64,000 nucleotides of DNA, taken from NCBI GenBank assembly GCA_963714025.1, contig OY970221.1, forward strand, positions 1,519,901 to 1,583,900. The letters are read 5' to 3'. Source of the DNA: an uncultured Solirubrobacterales bacterium (GTDB lineage Bacteria > Actinomycetota > Thermoleophilia > Solirubrobacterales > Solirubrobacteraceae). The translations under genes and the position numbers were made by a program. The notes beneath the pieces are model-generated. The model had not been told where the DNA came from. It did not search any database and worked only from the letters and a program-made list of their open reading frames with translations. Numbering within the stretch: the first letter of the stretch is position 1; every line of letters begins with the position of its first letter. This document shows, in pieces, positions 49,504 to 60,140 of this stretch.

Positions 49504-51981
49504 TCAGGCCGCGGGCGCGACGATCTCGACCCAGTCGAGCGAGCGCCCGCAGAGGCTGCGCGCTTGGGCCGGCGCGACCCTCAGCAGCTGTGCGCGCGGC
49601 CGGCTCAGCGGCTGCAGCGAGATCGCCGAGAGGCTCGTCTGCTGGTTGTCGCCGCTGCCCGGGGTCAGGTCGGCGTGCGGATAAGTCAGCGCGAACACGT
49701 GCACCCCCGGCGTCAGGTACACCTCGCCGACGGGCGCGTACTCGCCGATGTCGAGCAGTTCGTCCTTGACGCGCCCCAGGAAGCGACCGTCGACGCTCAC
49801 TTCGAAGCCGCGCGAGAAGCTGCCGCCAAACCACACCTCGTAGTCCTGATCGCCGAACACCCTGATCTGTGCGAGCGCCGTGCCGGGCGTGTTCGGATAC
49901 AGCGTGCGCGAGGCCGGATCGTGAGTCCAGGATGCGGGCCAGCGCGTCTGATCGCCGCGGGCCACGACCGGCTGCGGGCGTTGATAGGCCACCAGGTCGG
50001 CGTGTTCACGGGCAGCAGTGGACCCGAGACGTTCGATCTGCGTGCACGACGGGATCGCCGCGGGGTTGGCGGAGCACAGCGGCGCTTCGGCGCCCGGACG
50101 GTTCTGGGCGACGCCGCAGTAGGGCAGCTTGTTCGATTCCCCGTAGGGAACATGGCTGAGCAACCGAGACGTCGGCCTTGCGGGGCGCTGCCACAGTTCG
50201 TAGTAGCGCCCCCGCCAGACGAGGTCGTAGAGCGACGGCGGACGACTCTGCGCCGGGGAGCGTGCGAGCACGATCGACCTATACGGTTCGAGCGTCGCCG
50301 GCGCGAACGAGTCCAGATCGGCCCAGGCGCTCTTGGTCAAGATCGCCCCATTGCGCAACGGCAGCGTCACCGAGCGATACTCCGCCGGCTCCACCGGTGC
50401 GCCGGAACGGAGGAAGTGGCGGTCGGCATAGACTTCGTAGTCGTCGATCAGCGTCGGGCCCTTGCCCGCGACGAGGCCCCCGATGTGCTGAAGCTCGGCC
50501 AGCCGCGAGCGGGGCGCAAGCAGCACATCGTGATAGGCGAGCGCGTTCGACCACAACACACCGCCGCCGAGCGCAAGCAGCACGAGCACGCCGGCCGGCC
50601 GGCGCCATCCGAGCAGCAGGGCGCCGCCGACGAGCGCCGCGGCGAGCAGCGCCGGGGAGGAGATCGCAAGCGCCTTGCCCAGAACCCAGGGGGTGCTGTT
50701 GGCCAGATAGAGCACGGCGCAGCCGGCCAGGGCGATGGCCACGTAGACGAGGACCTCGAACCGGCGACGGCGTACCGTCAGCCAGATCGCCGCGGCCACG
50801 GCCAGCATTACTAGGCCGATCAGCAGCGCGCTCGAGACGGTCGGCGCCCGCAGGCGAAAGTCCCCGACCGGCCAGATCCCCGCGAGTTGCCACCCGCTCA
50901 GCGGCTGGATCAGATTGCCGAGGTTTTCGCTTGTGGACTGACCGTTGTAGAGGTTGCTGTCTCCCTTGAGAAAGCTCGACAGGACGACCCACATCGGCAG
51001 CGCGAGCACCGCCGTCACCACGGCCAGCAGAGCTATGTCGCGCACCGCCGGCCACAGCCCCGCTCGACGGGCGCGCCAGACCCACACGACGACCACGCCT
51101 AGGAACGTCGGCACCACCCACGCGGCCGCGCCGGCGCCCAGCGTGACCACGAGCCCGGCCGCGGCGATCGCGAGCGGCAACAGCGCGCGCGGCGACTCCG
51201 GTCGCTTGGCCACGACACGTGCCACCAGCGCGGCGCCGAGAACGAGCAGGAACGCTGCCGTGAGCTCCTTGATACCGCCCCACAGGCTGTAGCCGTAGAG
51301 CAGGGCCGGCTGAGCCCCCAGGAACGCCACCAACGCGCGCAGCCGCGAGGATTCGACGACCGGCTCCGCGAGCGCGTACAGCCCGAGCGCGACCGCCGCG
51401 CCGCAGCAGGCGAGGTAGGGCTGGAAGATCCAAGCCGAATCGATGCCCGTCAGCCCGTGACCGACGCCAAGCAACATGAAACTGCCCAGCGGGTAGGAGT
51501 TCGCGACGTAGGACCCGACCAGCAGCGAGTATGTCGAGGACGGCAGATAGGCCAGCGAGCGACCATGAGACATCACCTGGTCGGTGATCCCCAGCCACGT
51601 TGCCGTGTCGTCCAGACGCACGTAACCCGCGAACGTCGCACTACCCGACAGCAGCACCGGCGCCCCGTACACGAGCAGCGCGCCCAGCGCCGCCAGGACC
51701 GGCCACTTGGAGATCTCCCCTCGGTGAGGCCATCCGAGCGCCAGGCCCACGACCGCGCCGACGCCCACCACCGGAACGGCCGCGGGTGCGATCGTGCTCC
51801 AGGCCGTCAACAGCGAAGCGATCACGAGCGCCGCCGCCAGTCCGAGCGGGACGAGCAGCACCCCCACCCGCGCACCTGCAAGCCGCTCCACCAGCACGCC
51901 CCAGCCCAGGCCGACGGCCAGCAGCACGAGCGGAAGCAGAACCCACGAGACGATCAGCGACAAGGGTGCGCCACCATACAC
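49504..51981 (-). CDS. Large multi-pass membrane protein (GT-C-like architecture) with a C-terminal extracellular domain
   Basis: 825 aa with many TM segments, an early acidic loop RLDD, and YPLG and GIKE segments. Confidence 0.7.
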   Translation of the reverse strand: MYGGAPLSLIVSWVLLPLVLLAVGLGWGVLVERLAGARVGVLLVPLGLAAALVIASLLTAWSTIAPAAVPVVGVGAVVGLALGWPHRGEISKWPVLAALGALLVYGAPVLLSGSATFAGYVRLDDTATWLGITDQVMSHGRSLAYLPSSTYSLLVGSYVANSYPLGSFMLLGVGHGLTGIDSAWIFQPYLACCGAAVALGLYALAEPVVESSRLRALVAFLGAQPALLYGYSLWGGIKELTAAFLLVLGAALVARVVAKRPESPRALLPLAIAAAGLVVTLGAGAAAWVVPTFLGVVVVWVWRARRAGLWPAVRDIALLAVVTAVLALPMWVVLSSFLKGDSNLYNGQSTSENLGNLIQPLSGWQLAGIWPVGDFRLRAPTVSSALLIGLVMLAVAAAIWLTVRRRRFEVLVYVAIALAGCAVLYLANSTPWVLGKALAISSPALLAAALVGGALLLGWRRPAGVLVLLALGGGVLWSNALAYHDVLLAPRSRLAELQHIGGLVAGKGPTLIDDYEVYADRHFLRSGAPVEPAEYRSVTLPLRNGAILTKSAWADLDSFAPATLEPYRSIVLARSPAQSRPPSLYDLVWRGRYYELWQRPARPTSRLLSHVPYGESNKLPYCGVAQNRPGAEAPLCSANPAAIPSCTQIERLGSTAAREHADLVAYQRPQPVVARGDQTRWPASWTHDPASRTLYPNTPGTALAQIRVFGDQDYEVWFGGSFSRGFEVSVDGRFLGRVKDELLDIGEYAPVGEVYLTPGVHVFALTYPHADLTPGSGDNQQTSLSAISLQPLSRPRAQLLRVAPAQARSLCGRSLDWVEIVAPAA

Positions 51982-52116
51982 AGTCCTGCGGTCACCGCAG
52001 CACGCTCACAGGCTCGATCACCTGTGACAGTCGGAACGTCGCGTGTGGGGGCGCACCGGGCGGGGGCACACCTCCGCAGTGCGACGGCGTGGCGACGACG
52101 ACGGCGCCGCGACGCC

Positions 52117-53394
52117 TCAGTGCGGCACGACGGCCGCGGAGGATCTGCAACCGGGGGCGGGATACCGCGCCATGAGATCGCCCACCTCGTCCTTCACGCG
52201 ATCGAGCAGCTCGTCATCGCGGGTGCGCACGGCCTCGGCCACCTCGTCCAGCCAGCGGGCGATCTCCTCCATGTGCTCGCTCCGCAGCCCCCTCGTGGTG
52301 GCGGCGGGTGTGCCGATGCGCACACCCGAAGGATCGAACGGCTTGCGCGGGTCGAACGGGATCGCGTTCGCGTTCGTCACGATCCCGGCGCGGGCCAGCG
52401 CCGTCGAGGCTTCCTTGCCGGTCAAACCCTTGGAGGTCATGTCGATCAGGATCAGGTGGTTGTCGGTGCCTCCGGACACGAGCGTGAAGCCACGCTCGGT
52501 CAGGGCCTGCGCGAGCGCTTTCGCGTTTGCGACCACCTGATGGGCGTACTCGCCGAAGGCCGGCGTCATCGCTTCGCCCAGCGCAACGGCGATCGCGGCC
52601 GTCTGATGCTGGTGGGGTCCGCCCTGCAATCCGGGGAACACGGCGCGATCGATCGCCTTGGCGTGCTGCTCGCGACACATCAAGATTGCGCCCCGCGGCC
52701 CGCGCAGGGTCTTATGGGTCGTCGTCATGATCACATCCGCATGCTCCGCCGGCGAGGGGTGCGCGCCGCCGGCGATCAGCCCCGCGATGTGCGACACGTC
52801 GGCGACCATCAACGCGTCGACTTCTTTCGCGATCGCCGCAAAGCCCGCGAAGTCGATCGTGCGCGGCACCGCCGTGCCCCCGCAGAACAGGAGCTTCGGA
52901 CGGTGCTCGAGCGCCAGCCGCCGCACCTCCTCCATGTCCACGCGGCCCGTCTCCCGTCCGACCCCGTAATGGACCGCATCGAACCATTTGCCCGTGACCG
53001 ACACCGGCCATCCGTGCGTGAGGTGCCCTCCGGCCGGCAGGTCGAGCCCCATGACCGTGTCCCCCGGATCCAGGAAGGCCAGGTAGATCGCCAGGTTCGC
53101 CGGCGAGCCCGAATAGGGCTGGACGTTCGCGTGCTCCACGCCGAACAGCTCGCGCGCACGCGCCTGCGCCAGCATCTCGACCTCGTCGACGATCTCGTTG
53201 CCCTCGTAATAACGCTTGCCCGGATAACCCTCGCTGTACTTGTTCGCCAGCACGCTGCCGTTGGCTTCGAGCACCGCCGCCGAGGTGTAGTTCTCAGAAG
53301 GGATCAGGAACAGCGACTCGAAGGCCTGTTTCTCGTCCTCGCGAATGAGCAGCGCGGCGAGCTCCGGATCGGACTCCTCGAGCAAGGGAAACAC
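52117..53394 (-). CDS. glyA: Serine hydroxymethyltransferase
   Basis: LIPSENY, NKYSEGYPGKRYY, GGHLTHG, TTHKTLRGPRG, GGTDNHL, GVRIGT. Confidence 0.97.
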   Translation of the reverse strand: MFPLLEESDPELAALLIREDEKQAFESLFLIPSENYTSAAVLEANGSVLANKYSEGYPGKRYYEGNEIVDEVEMLAQARARELFGVEHANVQPYSGSPANLAIYLAFLDPGDTVMGLDLPAGGHLTHGWPVSVTGKWFDAVHYGVGRETGRVDMEEVRRLALEHRPKLLFCGGTAVPRTIDFAGFAAIAKEVDALMVADVSHIAGLIAGGAHPSPAEHADVIMTTTHKTLRGPRGAILMCREQHAKAIDRAVFPGLQGGPHQHQTAAIAVALGEAMTPAFGEYAHQVVANAKALAQALTERGFTLVSGGTDNHLILIDMTSKGLTGKEASTALARAGIVTNANAIPFDPRKPFDPSGVRIGTPAATTRGLRSEHMEEIARWLDEVAEAVRTRDDELLDRVKDEVGDLMARYPAPGCRSSAAVVPH

Positions 53395-53606
53395 AGGGCC
53401 AGTCTACAGCAGGCCCCTGCCGCGCCCAGCCGTGCCTCCGAGACCAACGTACCGTGACGATCGTGTGCGCCTTTGATGATCTCCGGCGCCGTTCCCGCTC
53501 CTGAGTAAGTTGGAAACATGGCACAGCCAGGCGGATGTGCGAGCAGCTTGGATCATGACGAGCGCTTCACACCGCCCAGCGCTCCAGGGTATGTTTTTTC
53601 AACGTC

Positions 53607-55130
53607 ATGTTCAACAACGCTCTGCCCACCGTCGGTGAGCTTCCTTTGCCTACTGTCCGTGAGATTCTCGCAAGCCGCGTCGGCGAGGAGATGGCGCTTA
53701 ACGATCGCTATCTGAATCCACAGATGGGACGCATCCTGCGCACCATCGGCTTCGATCGGATCTGGACGGGCGGCGAGGGCGCCCATCTGATCGACTCCGA
53801 AGGCCATCGTTACCTCGACCTGTCCAGCGGTCACGGGGTGTTCGCGCTCGGCCGTAACCATCCGGAGGTGATCGCGGCGATGCAGGACGTGCTGGCGGCG
53901 CGCACCGGCAATCTACCGCAGCTCGGCGTGACGCTTTTGAGCGGCGTGCTCGCCGAGCAGCTGCTCGCGCGCGCGCCGGCGCGCGTGGGGGCGATGGTGC
54001 CCTGTAACACGGGCACCGAGGCGGTCGAGGGAGCGATCAAGATTGCCCGCGCCGCCACCGGACGTCCCCGTATCCTGTATACGACGCACGGATTTCACGG
54101 TCTCACACTCGGGGCGCTGTCGCTCAATGGCAATCCCGAGTTTCGCGAGGGCTTCGGCCCGCTCGTGCCGGGCTGCTGCGCCGTCCCCTTCGGCGACCTC
54201 GACGCGCTCGAGCGCGAGCTCCAACGCGGCGATGTCGCTGCGTTTGTGATCGAGCCCATCCAGGGCAAGGGAGTCAACCTCCCGCCCGCGGACTATCTGG
54301 CTGGCGCCCAGCGGGCCTGCCGTGCGAGCGGGACGCTGTTTGTGTGCGATGAGGTGCAGACAGGAATCGCGCGCACAGGGCGCCTGTTCGCCCTCGAGCA
54401 CTGGGAACTCGAGCCCGACATGATCTGCCTGTCCAAGGCGCTGTCAGGCGGCATGACGCCAATCGGCGCGCTGTTGGTCGCGCGCGCGCCGTTCGAGCGC
54501 GTGTTCGATCGCAGGAAGCTCGCCATTCGCCACAGCTCCACCTTCGGCGGCAACGACGCCGCCGCTGCCGCCGCCCTGGCGACCCTGCGCGCGCTGGAGC
54601 GCGAAGACCTGATCGCGCGCGCGATGCGCATCGGCGGCCTCTTGCTCGAGCTCACGCGACCGCTGGTCGAGCGCTACGAGATCGTGCGCGATGTCCGCGG
54701 CGTGGGGCTGATGTGGGGAATTGAACTCGAGCCCGGCACGCGGTCGGTGTGGGCGGGGATCGAGCGCGCCCAACCGGGCGTGTTCGCCCAGCTCGTCAAC
54801 CTCCCCCTCTTTCACGAGCACAGGATTCTCTGCTCGATAGCCGGGCCGCGCATGAACGTCGTCAAGGCGTTGCCGCCGCTCGTGATCGAGGAGTCAGAAG
54901 TACGGCGGTTTGCCGCCGCACTCGAGGAAGTCGTCGCTCGCGCCGAGCACGCGACCTCGGCGATGATGCGTCTCGGCTGGGGCATCACTCGTCATCGGCT
55001 CTCGCGCAAGCGCCCGATCGATGGGGCGTCACATCAGGAGGGCGCCTTAACCACGAATGCGCAAGCGGTCTCCGCGAGTACTAACGGCCGGGACGGCGTG
55101 GACCGGGACGGCGCGAGCTCCTTGCGATGA
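53607..55130 (+). CDS. Class III PLP-dependent aminotransferase (HpnO/acetylornithine aminotransferase-like)
   Basis: GTEAVE, FHGLTLG, EPIQGKG, DEVQTG, LSKALSGG, HSSTFGGN. Confidence 0.88.
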   Translation: MFNNALPTVGELPLPTVREILASRVGEEMALNDRYLNPQMGRILRTIGFDRIWTGGEGAHLIDSEGHRYLDLSSGHGVFALGRNHPEVIAAMQDVLAARTGNLPQLGVTLLSGVLAEQLLARAPARVGAMVPCNTGTEAVEGAIKIARAATGRPRILYTTHGFHGLTLGALSLNGNPEFREGFGPLVPGCCAVPFGDLDALERELQRGDVAAFVIEPIQGKGVNLPPADYLAGAQRACRASGTLFVCDEVQTGIARTGRLFALEHWELEPDMICLSKALSGGMTPIGALLVARAPFERVFDRRKLAIRHSSTFGGNDAAAAAALATLRALEREDLIARAMRIGGLLLELTRPLVERYEIVRDVRGVGLMWGIELEPGTRSVWAGIERAQPGVFAQLVNLPLFHEHRILCSIAGPRMNVVKALPPLVIEESEVRRFAAALEEVVARAEHATSAMMRLGWGITRHRLSRKRPIDGASHQEGALTTNAQAVSASTNGRDGVDRDGASSLR

Positions 55131-55753
55131 GCGTCGCGGCACCGGTGGCTCGCCGGGCCACGCTGGCCGATGTGCCAACGCTCGCGAGCATGCTCGCGAG
55201 CGCCTATGACGACGATCCGGTGGCAATCTGGACCTGCCGGTCGGATGCGCTGCGTCCCACGGTGCTCGAAGGGCTCCACAGAGCACGGCTGGCACAGGCG
55301 ATCCTCCACGGAGAGGTGTGGGTGACTCCCGAGCTATCCAGCGCGGCCGTCTGGATGCCGCCGGGCAGCGGGGGGACGACGCTCGCGTACGAGCTCGCGC
55401 GTGCGCGAGTTCTGCTGCACCCGCGCCTGATCTCACGCCTGATCCCGCGTCTGCCCCTGTTCGCACTCGCCGCGCGCGCGATGGGCCGCGCGCACCCGCG
55501 CGCGCGGCCCCACTGGTACCTCTCGCTGCTCGCCACCAATCCGCCCGCCCGTGGGCAGGGTCTTGGTGCAGCTGTGCTGCGGCCCGTGTTCGAGCGCTGC
55601 GACGCCGATGGCCTCGGCATCTATCTGGAGTCCTCCAAGGAGCGCAACATCTCCTTCTACGCCCGCCACGGCTTTCGCGTGACCGGAGAGGTGCGGCTTC
55701 CACGGGGCCCGCGGATGTGGTTGATGTGGCGCGAATCCTCCAACGGTACGTAA
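55127..55753 (+). CDS. GNAT N-acetyltransferase (puromycin acetyltransferase-like)
   Basis: HWYLSLLAT...RGQGLG, YLESS, FYARHGF; overlaps the aminotransferase stop. Confidence 0.85.
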   Translation: MSVAAPVARRATLADVPTLASMLASAYDDDPVAIWTCRSDALRPTVLEGLHRARLAQAILHGEVWVTPELSSAAVWMPPGSGGTTLAYELARARVLLHPRLISRLIPRLPLFALAARAMGRAHPRARPHWYLSLLATNPPARGQGLGAAVLRPVFERCDADGLGIYLESSKERNISFYARHGFRVTGEVRLPRGPRMWLMWRESSNGT

Positions 55754-55861
55754 GCGAAAACGCGGGCTGAGACATCAACGTTCATGAGGATCGACGAGCC
55801 AAGGCAGTCATGAAAGAACGTTGTGAGCTTTGACACCCACAACCTCTCGGTAGGCCCGGAC

Positions 55862-56713
55862 CTACCTCACACCGTTCGCAACGTCCCTGGGCACGTCAGC
55901 TAGCTCCAAACGCTCGCGCATGATCCGTACCGCCTCGGGGTTGCTATCGATCAGCACATAGCGCCGATCCAGCTTGGCCGCCACCGCGCCCACCGTGCCG
56001 CTGCCGGCAAAGAAATCCAGGCACAAGTCGCGCGGCCGGGTCGATGCTTGGATCATGCGCCGGACGATCCCTTCGGGCTTCTGCGTCGGATACCCCGTCT
56101 TCTCGCGTCCGCTGGTCGGCACGATCGTGTGCCACCACACATCCGTCGGCAACTTGCCCTTCGCCGCCTTCTCCGGAGTCACGAGACCCGGAGCCATGTA
56201 CGGCTCGCGATCGACGGCCTCCCCGTCGTAGTAATAGCCAGTTGGGTCCCTGACGTAGACCAGGATCGTGTCGTGCTTTGCGGGCCAGCGCCGCTTGGAT
56301 CGCGCGCCATAGTCGTATGCCCAAACGATCTCGTTCAGAAAGCACTCGCGGCCAAAGATCTCGTCGAGCAACAGCTTGCAGTAGTGCGCCTCGCGGTGAT
56401 CGATATGGAAGTAAAAGGTCCCGCTTGCCGTCAAGAGCCTGCGCGCCTCGCGCAGGCGGGGTTCGAGAAACGCGAGGTAGTCGTCGAACTCATCCAGGTA
56501 AGACGACTCGGCGAGCAGTCGCGTGCTGTAGCGGCGGCCGCCAAACCCCTTACGATCCCCGTCCTCGTCGGGCACCGTCCGCAGCGTCTTGCGCGTCTGC
56601 GCCCTGCCTGTGTTAAACGGCGGATCGATGTAGATCAGCTGGAAGGTCTCATCCCGCAGGCCCGGCAGCACCTCGAGATTGTCGCCCAGGATGACCTCTC
56701 CGTCGCCTTGCAT
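55862..56713 (-). CDS. Orphan N4-C/N6-A DNA methyltransferase (beta class)
   Basis: GDNL, IYIDPPF, YPTQKP, LDFFAGSGT; catalytic motif precedes the SAM-binding motif. Confidence 0.9.
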   Translation of the reverse strand: MQGDGEVILGDNLEVLPGLRDETFQLIYIDPPFNTGRAQTRKTLRTVPDEDGDRKGFGGRRYSTRLLAESSYLDEFDDYLAFLEPRLREARRLLTASGTFYFHIDHREAHYCKLLLDEIFGRECFLNEIVWAYDYGARSKRRWPAKHDTILVYVRDPTGYYYDGEAVDREPYMAPGLVTPEKAAKGKLPTDVWWHTIVPTSGREKTGYPTQKPEGIVRRMIQASTRPRDLCLDFFAGSGTVGAVAAKLDRRYVLIDSNPEAVRIMRERLELADVPRDVANGVR

Positions 56714-56942
56714 GTTCCGCAATCTACGGGAGCGTGCGGCGGTGCCGGGCGAGTGCGAAACGCCATGCGGCTCAGCGCTTGACGGAAACTCGAGCGTGGC
56801 GCAGCCGAATCGGGGCCATCGACCTCGGTCGAAGGGAAGCGCGAGCGCGACGAGGACGACGAGAGTAGCTTCACCGTGCCCGCAGCTGAACAGTACCGTT
56901 TCGGCAGCCTGCATCGACCATCACGGCCAGCGGCCAACCCTC

Positions 56943-58628
56943 GTGCACATCGACGCAAAATCCCTACCGTCACAAGCAACGCTCACAGCGGCGATCGCCA
57001 TCGTCGGCTCTGGCCCCGCAGGCATCACGCTCGCGCTCGAGCTCGCGGACGCCGGTCACCAGGTTCTGCTGATCGAGAGCGGGGGCTACTCCCACAGCGC
57101 CGACGTCCAGCACCTCGGTGACACGGTCGGGGGCGACGCGCTTCACACCCCGATGTCGCGAGCCACAAGCCGCCGGGTCGGAGGCGCCTCCAATCTGTGG
57201 TCTGGGCGCTGCGTGCCCTTTGATCCGGTGGACTTTCAACCCCGCGAGGTCGCCGGTGACGCTCGTTGGCCCGTCGGCTATGCCGAGCTGGAGGAATACT
57301 TCCCCCGCGCCTGCCGGTGGTTCAAGTGTGGTCAAACGGCGTTCGACATTGGTCAGATATCCAGCTTGGCCGGGAATAGCCTGATCCCGGGCTGGCCCGA
57401 CGGCGACATTCGCGCCACGTCGCTCGAGCGTTGGTCGCTGCCGACCAACTTTGGCCGGACCTACCGCGCAAGGCTCGAGCGCTCTCCGCTCGTGACGCTC
57501 GTCAGCGACCTCACCTGCACCGAGATCGTCTGTCAGCCCGACGGCCATCGCGTGAAGCACCTCGCGGCGCGGACGCTGGGCGGCAATGAGGTGCTGGTGC
57601 GCGCGCGGCGGTACGTGATCGCGGCGGGCGGCGTCGAATCTACTCGTCTGCTGTTTGCCTCCACCCGCCATCACCCCGGTGGCATCGGCAATCATTCCGA
57701 CCACCTGGGGCGTTGGTACATGGGCCATGTCGGCGCCTCGATCGCCCGGATCCACCTCGACACTCCATCCGAGGCGACCATATACGGCTTTGAGCGGGAT
57801 CCCGAGGGCGTTTACATACGCCGGCGTTTCACCTTTTCACAGGATTACCAGATCGAACACGACCTGCCTAATATCGCAATGTGGCTCGAAAACCCGGATA
57901 TGAAAGACCCGTCCCATGGCAACGCGATCCTGTCTGCCATATATCTGATCCTCGCGTCGCCGCTCGGCCCTCACGTCATCAGCGAAGGCGTCCGGCGAAG
58001 CAAGCTCGACACCGGCACCCCAACCTCGACTCGACTACACGCGCTCAACATAGCGCGTCACCTTCCACGGGCCATCCGGTTCGTCTTGACTTTTGGATAT
58101 GAACGCTTTGTCAGGCCGGGACGCAAGGTACCGGGATTTGTCGTACCCAGCGACACGAACGTTTACCCGCTCTACTACCACGGCGAGCACCTGCCACACC
58201 CCGACAGTCGCATAGAGCCGACCGGCGAGACGGATGCACTCGGGATGCCGCGAGTACGAACCAGGCTGTATTTCGCCGACGATGACATCCGTAGCGCCAT
58301 TAAGGCTCACGAGCACTTCGATAGCTATATCCGCCGATTTGACCTCGGGCACTTGGAATACCTCTACGACGACCTCGAGGGTGGCCTTCGCGGGCAACTG
58401 TTCGACGGCTACCACCAGGCCGGCACGACGCGGATGTCCGACCGACCCGAGGACGGCGTTTTGAACCCATACCTCGCTGTGCACGGCTTTAAGGATCTGT
58501 TCGTGGCCAGCAGCTCCGCGTTTGTGACCTCGGGGCAGGCCAACTCCACGTTCATGATCGTCGTGCTGGCTCTGCGGCTTGCCGATCACCTTCATCGCGA
58601 CCTGTCCGTCGATGCCAAGAGCGCCTAA
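56943..58628 (+). CDS. GMC-family FAD oxidoreductase
   Basis: IVGSGPAG, GGASNLW, AAGGVE, HQAGTTRM, ANST. Confidence 0.87.
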   Translation: MHIDAKSLPSQATLTAAIAIVGSGPAGITLALELADAGHQVLLIESGGYSHSADVQHLGDTVGGDALHTPMSRATSRRVGGASNLWSGRCVPFDPVDFQPREVAGDARWPVGYAELEEYFPRACRWFKCGQTAFDIGQISSLAGNSLIPGWPDGDIRATSLERWSLPTNFGRTYRARLERSPLVTLVSDLTCTEIVCQPDGHRVKHLAARTLGGNEVLVRARRYVIAAGGVESTRLLFASTRHHPGGIGNHSDHLGRWYMGHVGASIARIHLDTPSEATIYGFERDPEGVYIRRRFTFSQDYQIEHDLPNIAMWLENPDMKDPSHGNAILSAIYLILASPLGPHVISEGVRRSKLDTGTPTSTRLHALNIARHLPRAIRFVLTFGYERFVRPGRKVPGFVVPSDTNVYPLYYHGEHLPHPDSRIEPTGETDALGMPRVRTRLYFADDDIRSAIKAHEHFDSYIRRFDLGHLEYLYDDLEGGLRGQLFDGYHQAGTTRMSDRPEDGVLNPYLAVHGFKDLFVASSSAFVTSGQANSTFMIVVLALRLADHLHRDLSVDAKSA

Positions 58629-58779
58629 CTCGATAGTTCGTAGACCCCCTGTGAACAGTGGGGTTCAGTTTATGGAGAGGACCGTACGTTGCGCAAACCC
58701 CGTCGTGCGCGCTCCGTGCCTGTCTTTGGCGTAGTCGCCGTGCAGCAGACGCCAGATCACGTTCCAGATGATTCTGCGC

Positions 58780-59691
58780 TTATGTCCGGCCGACCAGGCC
58801 AAGGGTCCGCCGCAGAAACTCGACCTCGTCCGCCACGACGAGCTCGTGCTCGGGACCGTCGTAGATGTCGAAGTGGTCGACGCCGGGGTAGGTGCGCAGC
58901 TCGCCGTGCCGGGCCCTCCTCGCGGCCCGGATCGCCGGTCCCGGCCGGGCCACCCGATCGGCCTCTCCGACGCAGACGAGCCACGGGCAGTGCAGCCGGC
59001 GGGCGTGGCGGATCGGACGGTAGGGGCGGCCGAGCAGCCAGCGCGAGGAGACGCGGTCGCGCCAGCGACTGTCCTCGCCGATCGAGACGACGTGCAGCCA
59101 GCCCTCATGACCGCCCGGCGCGTTGATGAATGCCGGTTCGTTCGGCTGGCCGATCGCGCGCAGATGGCGGCCCCTGACGGCCGCCGCGAGCATCCGCAGG
59201 CTGGTGCTCGGCGAGGCACGGTGCGCCTGGGTGAGCATGTCCAGGAACGGGACCTGGCTGACTACGGCGACGATCCTCTCGTCCGCGGCAGCCGCGGCGA
59301 GGGCATTCCCTCCACCCATCGAGGAGCCGAATGTTGCGACCCGGTTGGGATCCACGGCCGGAAGGGAGCGGGCGAAGGCGATCGCCGCCGCCCAGTCCTC
59401 GAGCTGGCGGCGGGGATGGAAGAGATCCGGCTCGCCTTCGCTATCTCCGAAGCCGCGATGGTCGAAGACAAGCGCGGCGATGCCGGCCTCGGCGAACCGC
59501 TCGGCGAACGGTCCGAGCCCATCCCGACGAGTGCCCGAGAGACCGTGAGCCATCACGACAATCGGTGTCTTCCCGGCAATGCCGCGGGCAGGATAGAGCC
59601 AGGCTGCACAGTGCTCGGAGTTCGACGGGAAGCTAAGATCCTGACGTCGCATGGAGTCTGGCGGGTGGGCGGTCGCGGTGTGCATCTGCAT
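58780..59691 (-). CDS. Alpha/beta hydrolase
   Basis: MAHG, FDHRGFGDS, GSSMGG nucleophile elbow, DHF. Confidence 0.88.
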   Translation of the reverse strand: MQMHTATAHPPDSMRRQDLSFPSNSEHCAAWLYPARGIAGKTPIVVMAHGLSGTRRDGLGPFAERFAEAGIAALVFDHRGFGDSEGEPDLFHPRRQLEDWAAAIAFARSLPAVDPNRVATFGSSMGGGNALAAAAADERIVAVVSQVPFLDMLTQAHRASPSTSLRMLAAAVRGRHLRAIGQPNEPAFINAPGGHEGWLHVVSIGEDSRWRDRVSSRWLLGRPYRPIRHARRLHCPWLVCVGEADRVARPGPAIRAARRARHGELRTYPGVDHFDIYDGPEHELVVADEVEFLRRTLGLVGRT

Positions 59692-59870
59692 CTCCCCTCG
59701 GTCACGGTTACTTTGGGCAGCGTGACAGAGCGCGGCGGCAATGTCTGGCGGAAATCGGACCGGGCAGTCAACCCCAGCCACTCAGACAAGCCTGAGCTGT
59801 CTACTACCACCCGAGACATGTCCCGACGTCCCGGTACACAACAAGATGGATCATCACTCATGATGGTGCC

Positions 59871-60131
59871 GTGCCCAGGATCAGCTTCTTTTACGGCATC
59901 GCGATCACGATGTACTTCTACGATCACGAACCTCCCCACTTCCATGCTCAGTACGCCGAGCACCATGCGGTGATCGCAATCGGAAGCGGCGAGGTGCTCG
60001 TCGGCGACCTTCCGACTCGTGCGCTCAAGCTCGTGAGCGATTGGGCCAGCCTTCACCGCGTGGAGCTGGAAGCCGACTGGGACCGTGCCAAGGCCGGTGG
60101 CACCCCGGAGCCGATCGACCCACTGCCGTAA
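59871..60131 (+). CDS. DUF4160-family protein; putative toxin of a TA pair
   Basis: MPRISFFYGIAITMYFYDHEPPHFHAQY...IDPL. Confidence 0.85.
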   Translation: MPRISFFYGIAITMYFYDHEPPHFHAQYAEHHAVIAIGSGEVLVGDLPTRALKLVSDWASLHRVELEADWDRAKAGGTPEPIDPLP

Positions 60132-60140
60132 GATAAGGCG

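Noticed and set aside
53395-53606. ZTP or glycine riboswitch upstream of glyA
   Set aside because: I could not find the GACTGGCG...GGGGAGC / CGCCTGGGC elements or the glycine aptamer motifs on the minus strand.
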